A DNA stretch of 63,987 nucleotides, counting the filler, from Asterionella formosa (Eukaryota), in the NCBI GenBank assembly GCA_002256025.1. It is 5 parts of 5 records of this genome, joined end to end, with 100 filler letters (N's around TTAATTAATTAA, not from the genome) between each part and the next. Parts side by side here need not be neighbours in the genome. Positions count along the whole stretch, not along the records: positions 35,983 to 50,126 come from NKIB01006186.1; positions 50,227 to 63,987 come from NKIB01006443.1; 3 more parts are not named here. The stretch is one strand, 5' to 3'. Each line of letters opens with the position of its first letter. Within the stretch, counting starts at the first letter, position 1. This document shows, in pieces, positions 43,034-55,277 of this stretch. The notes under the pieces are model-generated. The model was not told the origin of the DNA. It made no database searches and saw nothing but the letters and a program-made list of their open reading frames with translations. Position numbers and translations under genes: made by a program.

Positions 43034-46000
43034 ATGGCATCATTTGAACCTTGCAAGGTAAGAGGCGATACATGGATCCGAGGAGAATGTGGACTGTAAT
43101 GGATAATCGAAACCGAGAAGCAAAGTTTTGTTGGAACAAAGATTCAAAGTCGCGTTGAGTTTTCGAAAAGGACCATTTCACCCAATAAATTATCGACAGT
43201 TGCTTGGAAACGAAGATGGAGAAAGAGTATCATATCACATGGGACCGCACTTTATTCGCCAGTTTTTCAAGACAGTCATGTGAAATCATGTCGACAAACC
43301 TGGCACGATAACTCTTCATTGTGCCTTGAATGTCTTTATCCAACTGAACTAACAACATTCCTGTCGTCGTTTAGGCCAAGATGGAGGCCGAGGGCATCGC
43401 CCAGTCCGCTATCGCTGCATTTGAATCTTCCTTTAACTCTCTTGTATCCGGAGATACTGGAATGATCTCTGAATCAAGCATCTCGTCCGTTGATGACCTT
43501 ATCTACGCTGAGTCCATAGATGTTGCACCAGACCCAACCCTCCTCTCGAAGACTGTTGTCTGCAAGCTCAACGGAGGCTTAGGTACTGGTATGGGCCTTG
43601 ATAAGGCCAAGTCCCTTCTCAAGGTCAAAGGCGATGACACTTTTCTGGATCTGACTGCCAAGCAAATTGCTTCAATGCGAGTGACTTACGGGTCCAACGT
43701 CAAATTCATGCTCATGAACTCGTTCAGTACTTCTGAAGACACTTTGAACTTTTTCAAAGACAAATATCCTGCCCTCGCTGCCGAGGATGGCTTAGAGATG
43801 ATGCAAAACAAAGTTCCTAAGTTGGACGCCACAACCTATGTGGTGAGTAACTAGTAGTTTTTCGGTTGAACTCAATGTGCAAGTCGTTGCCAATTCTCCT
43901 CTCATCCCTTTTTTGTTCCCTCCAGCCTGCTACTTGCGATTCAGATCCAAGCAACGAATGGTGCCCTCCTGGACACGGAGACTTATACGCCGCCATGGTT
44001 GGATCTGGTCGATTAGATGCTCTACTTGCCGAGGGATTCGTATACATGTTTGTCTCAAACTCGGACAACCTTGGTGCCACCCTTGATCTCGCTATTTTGA
44101 CCCACTTTGCGTCTATTGAAGCGCCTTTCATGATGGAATGTTGTGAGCGCACCAACAACGACAAAAAGGGAGGGCACCTTGCGGTTCGTAATTCAGATAA
44201 GCAATTAATTCTTCGTGAATCTGCCATGTGCGCTTCTGAGGACGAAGGTGCTTTTCAAGACATCTCCAAGCACAGATTCTTCAATACCAACAATCTTTGG
44301 ATCCGCCTTGACAAGTTAAAGGAAATCATCGATAAGCACGGTGGATTCATTCCGCTTCCAATGATTATGAATCATAAAACAGTTGACCCCACTGATGACA
44401 ATTCCCAGAAAGTTATTCAATTGGAAACGGCCATGGGAGCTGCGATCGAATGCTTCGAGGGAGCCACCGCTATTGTTGTGCCCCGCACCCGCTTTGCTCC
44501 CGTGAAGAAGTGCGATGATTTGTTGCTTCTCCGCTCCGATGCTTACATTATCACAGATGATTACCGCCCTGTGCTTAATCCTGGTTGTAATGGCAAAGCT
44601 CCTGAAATGGGACTCGATTCCAAGAAATACAAGCTGGTTGGGAACCTCGAGGAGGCGACAACTGGTGGTATTCCTTCGCTTGTCAATTGCACGAAACTCT
44701 CAATCAAGGGTTTGGTTCGAATGAGCAAGAAGACAAAGTTCGTTGGAGAAGTTTCTATTGTCAACAACAGTGATGAATCCAAGTTCATCCCCGCTGGCGA
44801 AGTCACTGGAGATTATGATCTGACTGATGATGCTGGCCTTGGTCCTCTCAAGACAACGGTGGTCAAAACTACTCCGATTGTGGGACAAATGCCAGGTACT
44901 TCTGGTCTCCGCAAGAAGACCAAGGAATTCATGAGTGAAAACTACCTCAATAACTTTGTTCAGTCCGCGTTTGACGCTATCAAGGCTGCAGGAACCGATC
45001 TGTCTGAGGGTTCCTTGTTAATTGGTGGCGATGGTCGGTATTACAACCCGGAAGCAATCCAAACAATTATCAAGATGGGTGTCGCGAATGGGGTCACTCG
45101 TTTCTGGATCGGCCAAGATGGACTCTTGTCGACCCCAGCTGTGTCTGCAATCATTCGTGAGCGTGGCCCTATCTGGCAAAAAGCTTACGGGGCTTTTATC
45201 TTGACCGCTTCTCACAACCCTGGTGGGCCAGAAGAGGATTTTGGAATCAAATACAATTGCGAGAACGGAGGTCCCGCCCCTGAGAAACTCACTGATGCTA
45301 TGTACGAGAACACTCAGGTAATCAAGAGTTACAAGATCGCCAATGAGTTCCCTACCATTGACATCACCACCCCTGGGAGCACTTGTATCGTCGCTGCCGA
45401 CGGTAGTGCAGAGGTCAATGTCGAAATTATTTCTACTACCGATGCACATGTTAGTCTCCTCAAGACCATTTTTGATTTTAATGCCATTAAAGGCCTGCTC
45501 GATCGTGATGATTTCTCGATGGTCTATGACTGTANNNNNNNNNNNNNNNNNNNNNNNNNNNNNNNNNNNNNNNNNNNNNNNNNNNNNNNNNNNNNNNNNN
45601 NNNNNNNNNNNNNNNNNNNNNNNNNNNNNNNNNNNNNNNNNNNNNNNNNNNNNNNNNNNNNNNNNNNNNNNNNNNNNNNNNNNNNNNNNNNNNNNNNNNN
45701 NNNNNNNNNNNNNNNNNNNNNNNNNNNNNNNNNNNNNNNNNNNNNNNNNNNNNNNNNNNNNNNNNNNNNNNNNNNNNNNNNNNNNNNNNNNNNNNNNNNN
45801 NNNNNNNNNNNNNNNNNNNNNNNNNNNNNNNNNNNNNNNNNNNNNNNNNNNNNNNNNNNNNNNNNNNNNNNNNNNNNNNNNNNNNNNNNNNNNNNNNNNN
45901 NNNNNNNNNNNNNNNNNNNNNNNNNNNNNNNNNNNNNNNNNNNNNNNNNNNNNNNNNNNNNNNNNNNNNNNNNNNNNNNNNNNNNNNNNNNNNNNNNNNN

Positions 46001-46731
46001 NNNNNNNNNNNNNNNNNNNNNNNNNNNNNNNNNNNNNNNNNNNNNNNNNNNNNNNNNNNNNNNNNNNNNNNNNNNNNNNNNNNNNNNNNNNNNNNNNNNN
46101 NNNNNNNNNNNNNNNNNNNNNNNNNNNNNNNNNNNNNNNNNNNNNNNNNNNNNNNNNNNNNNNNNNNNNNNNNNNNNNNNNNNNNNNNNNNNNNNNNNNN
46201 NNNNNNNNNNNNNNNNNNNNNNNNNNNNNNNNNNNNNNNNNNNNNNNNNNNNNNNNNNNNNNNNNNNNNNNNNNNNNNNNNNNNNNNNNNNNNNNNNNNN
46301 NNNNNNNNNNNNNNNNNNNNNNNNNNNNNNNNNNNNNNNNNNNNNNNNNNNNNNNNNNNNNNNNNNNNNNNNNNNNNNNNNNNNNNNNNNNNNNNNNNNN
46401 NNNNNNNNNNNNNNNNNNNNNNNNNNNNNNNGCTGTGGGAAAGTATGTTATCGACACTGCTGACGATTTCACCTACGTCGACCCAGTTGATGGATCTATT
46501 TCTAAGAAGCAAGGCATTCGTTTCTTGATGACTGATGGTTCCCGTGTGGTCTTCCGCCTTTCCGGAACGGCTGGATCAGGAGCCACTGTCCGTATGTATA
46601 TTGAACAGTACGAACCTACCAACATTGATATGGTAACTTCTGAGGCGTTGGATGAACTGGTCAAAATCGCCCTTGACTTGTGTGATATCAAGACTTTCTG
46701 TGGAACGGAGACACCAACTGTTATCACCTAA
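43034..46731 (+). CDS. UGP/PGM: UDP-glucose pyrophosphorylase / phosphoglucomutase fusion; introns 43058-43374 and 43843-43925; N gap 45535-46431 inside the PGM part
   Basis: UGPase KLNGGLGTGMG, WCPPGHGD, SNSDNLGA, FNTNNLW, RFAPVKK; PGM PGTSGLRKK, GGDGRY, TASHNPGG, FRLSGT, PTVIT*; 24-nt first exon MASFEPCK. Confidence 0.94.
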
Positions 46732-47806
46732 CTCCCCTCTGAAGTTTTAGTATAGCTAGGGTAGAACAACGGAACTCGACTCCCAGTAATGATTTATATT
46801 AAACCACCCTTACACATAAAGGAATGCTGGTAGTAGCTGAGGTATGAGCTCGCTGGATACTTCCTATTTGCTGAACTTTGTGCTTGAGGCTACATCAGGA
46901 GATCAACTACCGGTAGTACAACATAAAGGTCCATAAAGCTCAACATCAAGCCTATCACATAAAACGCGTTATTATGCCACAAGCTCTACATAGGGTCTAT
47001 ACATAACCCCATAATTTCTGAGCTCAAACAAAATAGACATCATCCTGCAAAATGGGTACCTGGTACCAGGTACTCGATGCATGGCTGTGGTGATGATGTT
47101 GATGATAATTTCCTTTCTTGCTACACTGGCAGTGGAATTGGGTGTGTGATGAGTCAGTGACATGATGACACCTTTTGTTTCAATGACGAATGTCAACTCC
47201 CCAATGACATCCTACATACGAAAATCAAACCATAACGTAAATCGTGTCTTTCGTCAGACAAAAAGAAGGGAGGGGCAGTAAGAAAATAAATAATGGCTAT
47301 TCCAAAGAATCGTTGTCGTTCGTTCGGTCTAGAAACATTTTTATTATCATGTTCACAATACCAATCAATGATACCAACAAATGGTTCATATACGAATGAC
47401 AAAGTTCGCAGTGAAATACGGTAATTATAGCTATTACTGATATTTATTTGAAAGAAATGAAAAAATGTACCGGTAACCACATACGTCGACTCAGTCGTCG
47501 GTGTCGTAAAAACTATATACAGTAGGTACCAGGTACCAGGTACCTGGTTTGGATAGAGTGTACATACATAGAGTACCAGTGTGAATGTTCACGTAGTATG
47601 TGTATGGGGCTTGGCGCAAGCACAGGCAATACGTACTACTATTCTTTCTTGTTTTGTTCTTGGTTTCTCGAAACGAGAATTGAATGTGTGCTCACGTCGT
47701 CACAAAACAACTCAACCCACCAACGCATAATATGAGCCCAGAGGCAACGATTTGTTACGCACGACTTATTCCTCATATCTTCATGACCGACCGGTAGATT
47801 GCAGGA

Positions 47807-50084
47807 ATGAAGCTTGGATTTGCAACGTTGACCTTCATTGCGACCTTCCTGTTGGCTTCGGATGTGCATGCGTTCGTGACAAGGAGCAAGACTTTGCCTT
47901 TTCCAGGGTCGGAACTGTTTGTGGCAAGTAATGTCGCGCCGATTGACCTCTCCCAAGTGGGCGCTATGACCTTCCGTGAACTCCAGAAGCATTGCGCATC
48001 CAGAGGCGTTGATGCCACCGGAACTACGGCTACCTTGCGAAAGAGGTTAAGAGATCTTTGCAGCGAGCGTCAAGAAGAATGCTTGGTCGATCCGTTCACG
48101 ATGGATGTGTTTGGAATGGAAAATGTAGGTTACAATTGCGAAGGAAGGGAGTTTCGAACTCGCGTTCATTTCTTACCCCGATTCTAATTCGCTTTCTTTC
48201 AGGTTTTTGACACCAAAGGCTTCGATTTCACGGATGAGTCCGATCCCAATTTTGATTTCAACGAAGTTGTCGACGACATACTGGAAAAGGCTCAAATTGG
48301 ACATTGGAAGGCAGCTACTCGAAAGCTCAAGAAGCTCAAGCGTAGATACGCGACACCAGAATTACCTGTTCCCCCCGAGGTATATTTGGCGACACTACAA
48401 GCATGTATGGCGAATCGCTTGCAAGGAGCAAGGGCTTCTGAGCCAGCGCGAAAGATTTTGGAGGACATGGCGGACGACGGTCTAGCAATCCCCGCCGAAG
48501 CGGCAAACTATTGCGTGCAGAACTGCTTGGGTGAAGGGCCACAAGGAACTCACGACCAGTGCGGAGGGATAGATACAGCTCTGGCTATGGCTGCCGCTGT
48601 TGAGGCGTCACTTGATGGACGCGGAAAATTGACTGCCGAAACGCTGGGAAAGTTGGCCACTACATTGGCCAGTGAAAAGGACCTTGATGAGGCACTATCG
48701 CTCCTTCGCTCGATGGTGGTCGATCTCTCGTACACTCCTCCCCTCCAAATTTTTGCTGATATTGCGGATGCGGCATCCAAGAGTGATCTCGAGAAGGTGA
48801 TGAGTGTATTGGTCTTCGCAAAGGCGGCGGGATATGAACTTGACAACATCGCATCTACTGTTGATGGGCGCACAATCTTAGCTGCTGGTGTGATTGCTGC
48901 TGAAAAAATGAACAACGTTGCATTGGGGCTTCGTCTCTTGACCGCTGCGGAGAAAGCCGAAGGATGTGCCCCAGCTAAAGGAGACGATCTGGTGGCCTCG
49001 TCTTCATCTGCTGCGCAGCGTGCTTGTACCCTTATTCACAAGCAGGCAATCAACTTGGCATGTACAGACAGTGACTGGAGGCTATCCGTAAAGCTTTTGG
49101 AACTCATGATGAGCCGCTCGCTTTCTCCATCGCCCAATGTCTGGAAGAATATTGTCACTTGTTGCGCCAAGGCGGGAAAGAGTAAGAAGGCTACTGCCCT
49201 CCTACTGGATTGGGTACGTCATACTTGTGCCCGATGACAAGCTGTCCGAATCGTTTTTCGTGATTCTCATTTTCTTCGCTCTTGTTTAGGTACAACTTGC
49301 TGAAAAGGGAGAAATCGGAAAACCGCCACTGTCAGTTTTCAATTCAGTTGTAAATGTATGTGAAATCTGCGAAGAGCAAGCACTGACTCTATTGGTTTTA
49401 GAAGCTATGAAAAAGACGCATGAGGTTGACGGAAACATTATTACTTTCAATATTGCTTTGAAGCGACTAGCTAAGCAGGGCGCCAAACAAGCTTGTGAAG
49501 GTATCATCATCGGTATGCTACAGAATGGTGTTGAGCCGACTGTTGTTTCATACACAACCGCAATTGCTGCGGGTGCAAGCGACCCGAAGGATTCAAGCTA
49601 TGCGTATGAATGGTTGAAACGTATGCGTTCTCGAAATGTCCTTCCCAATGTTATCACTTACAACACAGCTCTTGCCACCTGTTTGGATGGCACATTCGAG
49701 TCGACCTTATTGGGTTCCAAGATTGCCTCTGAAATGTTAGCTGATGTTGAGCGTCAGCTCGAGGAAGGGTTTTCCTCCAACGCTCTAACTAGAGTCATTC
49801 CTGACAAGTACACAAGAAGCCTCGCTCGTCAACTCATGAAGCAGCTTCGTGAAAATTGGAGAAGTGGTAGCATCAATGTGCAGGTTGCCAAGGCCACCAT
49901 TCGAGTGCCTTTATTGAAATTGGTTGACTTTGAAAAATCTGAGGCATCTAAAGTTGCCCAGAAGCAGACGGAAGAAGTTGGGCAACAAAAGGATGACGAT
50001 GAGATCGAAGCAACAGAGCGTGATGAATTTGAACTTGATTATTCCACAGCGGCCACTGTCGCAAAGCGGGTAGCGGAAGTATAA
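47807..50084 (+). CDS. Plastid-targeted SAP-domain + pentatricopeptide-repeat protein; introns 48125-48202 and 49214-49289
   Basis: Signal peptide ending VHA|FV; SAP-like MTFRELQKHCASRGVDATGTTATLRKRL; PPR units SVFNSVVNVC, IITFNIALKRLAKQG, VEPTVVSYTTAI, VLPNVITYNTALATC. Confidence 0.82.
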
Positions 50085-50126
50085 TGACGCTACCTGTGTG
50101 TCTGCCTCGTATCAATACAGGTTACT

Positions 50127-50226
50127 NNNNNNNNNNNNNNNNNNNNNNNNNNNNNNNNNNNNNNNNNNNNTTAATTAATTAANNNNNNNNNNNNNNNNNN
50201 NNNNNNNNNNNNNNNNNNNNNNNNNN
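50127..50226. other. Artificial scaffold linker
   Basis: N-TTAATTAATTAA-N, 100 nt. Confidence 0.95.
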
Positions 50227-51573
50227 AATTAAGTCGTACGCAACGCCGGGTGTACCAGGAAAGACATTGAACAAGAATGACGGTGAAGTCATTATGGAAG
50301 GAGAATATCGAAAAATTGTGGGCAAGTTACTATGGTCTACAAAGAAGGATTCGCCGGACTGTGCGAATGCGGTTCGGGAACTATCGGCTCATTTAAGTTG
50401 CCCAGGTGAAGAACAATGGCATGCAGTGGCAAGAGTCATTGGTTACCTATCCAATATGGAGGATAGAGTTCTCAAGTTGCGTAAGCCAAAAGAGTTAAGA
50501 GTCATTGCCTACGTGGACAGTGACTGGGCTGCTAATAAGGTTAACAGGAAGAGCACGACTGGCTATCTTGTTACTATTGGCGGGGCACTTATCAGTTGGC
50601 AGTCGAAGGGACAACAAACGGTTACGCTGTCCAGTACGGAAGCCGAGTATGTGGCGATGTCCCAGTGTGGACAAGAGATCAAGTTTATAGCAATGCTACT
50701 GAATGAGGTTATTGGTGGTAAGGTCAGGTTACCAAGTATCCTACGAGAAGACTATACAGGAGCTATTTTTATCGCGAAGAATCAGCAAATTGGAACCAGG
50801 ACAAAACATATTGATATTAAGTATCATCATGTAAAGGACATGATTGAGGATGAAGAATTGGAAGTCATTTTTATAAGGTCGGAAGATAATTTTGCGGACA
50901 TTATGACCAAGAACGTGAAGGAACAGATTCATACGAGATTGTCCGAACCAGTTCAGAGTGGAACGATGTTACAGCCTCTTGAGCGTAGCAATGGGGAGGA
51001 TGTCAAGAATATTAGCCCGAGTCACAAGGATTGTGGACTCGATAGTAATCGAACGAGTCGAATATTGCATTGCCACGTCAATCAGCTGTCTAACGAGATC
51101 AGAGATTGAAGATTTCTATTGAAATGTTAAGTGGAAACTCGAAGAGAGTCTTAGAATGACTTTGCAGGAAGCAAAGATGCATGGAAAGGAAACATTTAGT
51201 TTAGCTTATAATTTAATTTGAGTTTTAGATTATCAACCGAGGAAACAGTGTGTTAATTGACAGGAAGGTCAATTAGTCTATCTAGCAGGAAGGCTAGAAG
51301 CAGAGACAAGAGAGAAAGTAAGTGGTACTAGGTAGTACTACGTTCACGTAAGAGTCTACGTGAAGAGAGACCCAACCCGTGGGAAGGAGTACGGACTATT
51401 TCAACAATACTTAAGGGAACCATTTTATATACTAGACAGATTTTAATAATTTATATCTAGAATTCACCTCGTCCTTGTTCATCTCCTGAAAAGTGGACTC
51501 CGGCAATACCTTTCACCGTGTCAATTGTCGTCCATCATGACCGGTTTGAAGCGAAATCAGTTCCATGTTGACA
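50227..51573 (+). mobile_element. 3' end of a Ty1/Copia LTR retrotransposon: RT C-terminus/RNase H, polypurine tract, candidate 3' LTR 51001-51573
   Basis: YRKIVGKLLW, YVDSDWA, RKSTTGY, TLSSTEAEY, RTKHIDIKYH, NFADIMTK; purine tract AATGGGGAGGA directly before TGTCAA at 51001; complementary TTGACA at 51568-51573 (LTR end less certain). Confidence 0.88.
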
Positions 51574-52034
51574 TCAGTAGCAAGTCGTTGTCTAAAGGAT
51601 GCAGTTGGTTGTTGGATTGCTTGTCTTCTCGAGGGATTCATGTAGTCGCATTGTCCATATTTCGTCCTATGAACAATGATATATCAATGCATCTGATGTT
51701 GTTGGCAAGTTTTTGCTCCAGTCATGCATGTGGTGATGCTTAACGGATATTCTACCAGTACCAGCAGTCATCTAGTCTATATATGGACGTGGTACTAAAA
51801 ACAACAATGCATGGTTTAAGCAATACTTTAAGGCTTACTTTGAACATGTTATAATATTATCTCTGTAGACTCGGCATTATTTTTACGAGACCTGAATGTT
51901 AAATTATATTGTTCACATAGTCATTGAATTTACGTACTGTATGCCCAATTTCTTCCTCGCAATTATAGTTCTCGCTCTATCTTGCCTGCCTTTGCCCTAT
52001 TCGGGCTTGCAAAAGGCAACGTTTGTCTCTCTTG

Positions 52035-53431
52035 GATCCCATCGTCTGCTGGCTGCTTGTTATGATAGTTGAAGCGGATCGGTGAGTACAACAGTGAAAC
52101 ACTGAATGTGGATTGTAGATCGTATTTATCGACTTTCCGATTTGATTGCTTCCGTGGTTTGTTTTGATCGCTTCCATCGTTGTTTGTCGTTACGCACTGT
52201 GGTTTTGTTTCGATTGTACATATCTACACAAGAACCAATGCATTTATCAATGACTACTCATTGAAGATGTGGTATTGTGCCGTTGTTGATCGTATTTGTT
52301 GATTTGTATAGTCGTTGACAATGATGTCATTATTGCCACCAAGCAAGCAATGCTTTTCTTCTACTAACGCGCTTTGCTTCATTTCTACAACAAGTTCATA
52401 TCAGAAGCTAAGTATATTCAGCTAGAGGGAGTCGATAGTGCTGGAGCATCCTGGCGATTATACTCAATCAGAATGGATTGGCTGGAATGGAATGATGATC
52501 AGGGTTGTTTGATGGGAGGAATGAGGACTGTGGGCGGAAGGACTGCAACTTGTGTCAAACTCCTACAGCGATGTGCATGGTTACAGCAAGGAGATCTACA
52601 CTACATAACGATGCAGGTCAAGATTGGGTTCAGCTTTTTCCCTTCTTATTTCAGTCGTTGATTGTGTGGTGATGGAAATTTAATTGCCTGTGTAAGTACT
52701 ACAATGTCACAATGCATACATCTCCATTGAAACTCTTATTTTTTACATCATTTCTAACCCAAAACAATCTTTTCTATTTCTCATTTGATGCTACTTATTA
52801 CATCGCATTTCATACTTTGGTTGCTCCAAACATCATGTTCAATTTTCGTTGACGTTGCATGTTACAATCATTCTTATGTGTTTTACGTTTGTTGTACCAT
52901 CTCTATGCATATTACCGTTATTCTGGTTGTCATGCTAAAATCGGCAATTTTATTGCCGAAAAATTCGATGTGCCCCATATTGCCCTAAAATAAAAATTAC
53001 TCAAGAAATTACTTAAAAGCCTAAAAAATACTTAGAAATACCCGAATGGCAAGACGATAGCTAGAGTGGAAATTGCCGGTGCATAGCAGCAATTCTCGTT
53101 CCAGCTATCAATACGAACTCGAAGTAGAAATGTAGCAAAGCGCATTAGTACAAAAAGCATTGCTTGGCGGCAATATTGACACCATGGTCAACAAATGTGA
53201 TCAACAACAATACTTCTTCAAAGATTAGGCACTGATACCTACATCAGACTTTGTGTACATAGATACAATCAAACCAAAATGACAGTATGGAATGTCAAAT
53301 AACAACGGAAGTGATCGAAACAGATCATGAAAGAAATGAAATCGGAAATTCAATAAATGTTCATCCAGTGTTTCATTGTTGTACTCACCGATCCGCTCGA
53401 ACAAGCATAACAAGCAGCAGATGATGGGATC
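52035..53431. repeat. Long diverged inverted repeat (arms ~52035-52450 and ~53080-53431); candidate non-autonomous long-TIR/foldback element
   Basis: GATCCCATCGTCTGCT...GCGGATCGGTGAGTACAACAGTGAAACACTG on the left is the reverse complement of CAGTGTTTCATTGTTGTACTCACCGATCCGC...AGCAGATGATGGGATC on the right; similarity continues inward. Confidence 0.8.
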
Positions 53432-55277
53432 TATCAAAAGAAAAATGGTCCCACCAGTTGTAAGCCAGTATGTGATAAGTGATAGCTATGAATGATATTG
53501 CAAATATGGTACCTGGTGCCAGGTAGCATATCGGTACCCCGGTAGGCTGTTGCATCTGGAATGATAATGACTGTGAGCTTGCATATATATGACATAACAA
53601 ATGCTTATATGTACTAGTATTATTTGCAAGGCTATCAGGGGGTATTGATTATGTTTATTCATATATATACTTCAAAGGCATAAGGGTCATTCACAAAATC
53701 TATTCTTATTTGCAAGTTCTACCGGTAGTCGTTATAGGCAAATTCTAGTTGCTGTCAGTACCAGGTACTCCGTCTGGTTGAGCATAATTGCGGCAATTGT
53801 TAAAATTTCTCCGACGCAATTTTGATCCCTACATTTTTCTCCAGCTCAATTGCCCAAATGTGCGCAATCGCATAAGCTATAGATCCATGTATAATATAAA
53901 CCTAGTAAATTTAAAATTGGCAACCATGTATCAAAAAAAGTCTTTGGGCTTTTTCGATTTTCACATTTGCTATCTTGAGCTAAATGCAGATGCATGAGGA
54001 CCCATTTTTCTTCGAACCATCTATTCTCAACATATCTACAAAGTAGGATGTAACAGTAGAACAATGGCAACTTCTNNNNNNNNNNNNNNNNNNNNNNNNN
54101 NNNNNNNNNNNNNNNNNNNNNNNNNNNNNNNNNNNNNNNNNNNNNNNNNNNNNNNNNNNNNNNNNNNNNNNNNNNNNNNNNNNNNNNNNNNNNNNNNNNN
54201 NNNNNNNNNNNNNNNNNNNNNNNNNNNNNNNNNNNNNNNNNNNNNNNNNNNNNNNNNNNNNNNNNNNNNNNNNNNNNNNNNNNNNNNNNNNNNNNNNNNN
54301 NNNNNNNNNNNNNNNNNNNNNNNNNNNNNNNNNNNNNNNNNNNNNNNNNNNNNNNNNNNNNNNNNNNNNNNNNNNNNNNNNNNNNNNNNNNNNNNNNNNN
54401 NNNNNNNNNNNNNNNNNNNNNNNNNNNNNNNNNNNNNNNNNNNNNNNNNNNNNNNNNNNNNNNNNNNNNNNNNNNNNNNNNNNNNNNNNNNNNNNNNNNN
54501 NNNNNNNNNNNNNNNNNNNNNNNNNNNNNNNNNNNNNNNNNNNNNNNNNNNNNNNNNNNNNNNNNNNNNNNNNNNNNNNNNNNNNNNNNNNNNNNNNNNN
54601 NNNNNNNNNNNNNNNNATCCTATGTTTGCTACGTAATCCTTCATATGCGAACAGTAACGACACTAGTGGTGCCGGCGATTCGACGCAACTATTTTCAAGC
54701 AGTACCGCGTATCGGTACCCTGGTATCATCATCGGCCTACGCAGCCTTACGTGTGGTCAATCGTCTGTGGTTTGTTATGTGCCTCAATGACCACAAGGGA
54801 GTACTCGAAGTTGACAATGTGCTACACTCGTATAAAAGTTGGATCTTACCTCAGGGCGAGAGATGTAATTGTACGACTAGACACAAAGGAGTTTCAAAAC
54901 TTCACCGGGTGTGAAAAGGAATACGGTAAGGCCCTCAAATTTATTTAACGATGTGATCTCGTGATTGATGCATACAAAACATACACCGTTAGGTATTTCC
55001 TTCCTCGCCTTGTACAATGCCGCCCCCTTCTCTGGGCTAGACTTGACTGCTTTATTTGCTCATTCTTCATTACTTGGGCACATCGTGCCCTTCGCTTCTA
55101 TCTTCAGGTACACATCGTCGCAACTTTACTTGTTCTGACGCGGGTAATAGTGACGGAGGCCAAAGTCCGGCTTAGGAAAATCATTTCGAGTCCAGGCATA
55201 ACTGCTAGCAGGAAATCGTTGAAAACTAAGAAGCGACAGCAAGCGCGAGAGGCTATTTCGCCGAAAGCTTGGAGGCA

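Noticed and set aside
54617..55260. Possible small spliced gene upstream of TRAPPC11
   Set aside because: Splice-like sites occur on both strands, but no consistent open frame or recognisable product could be built
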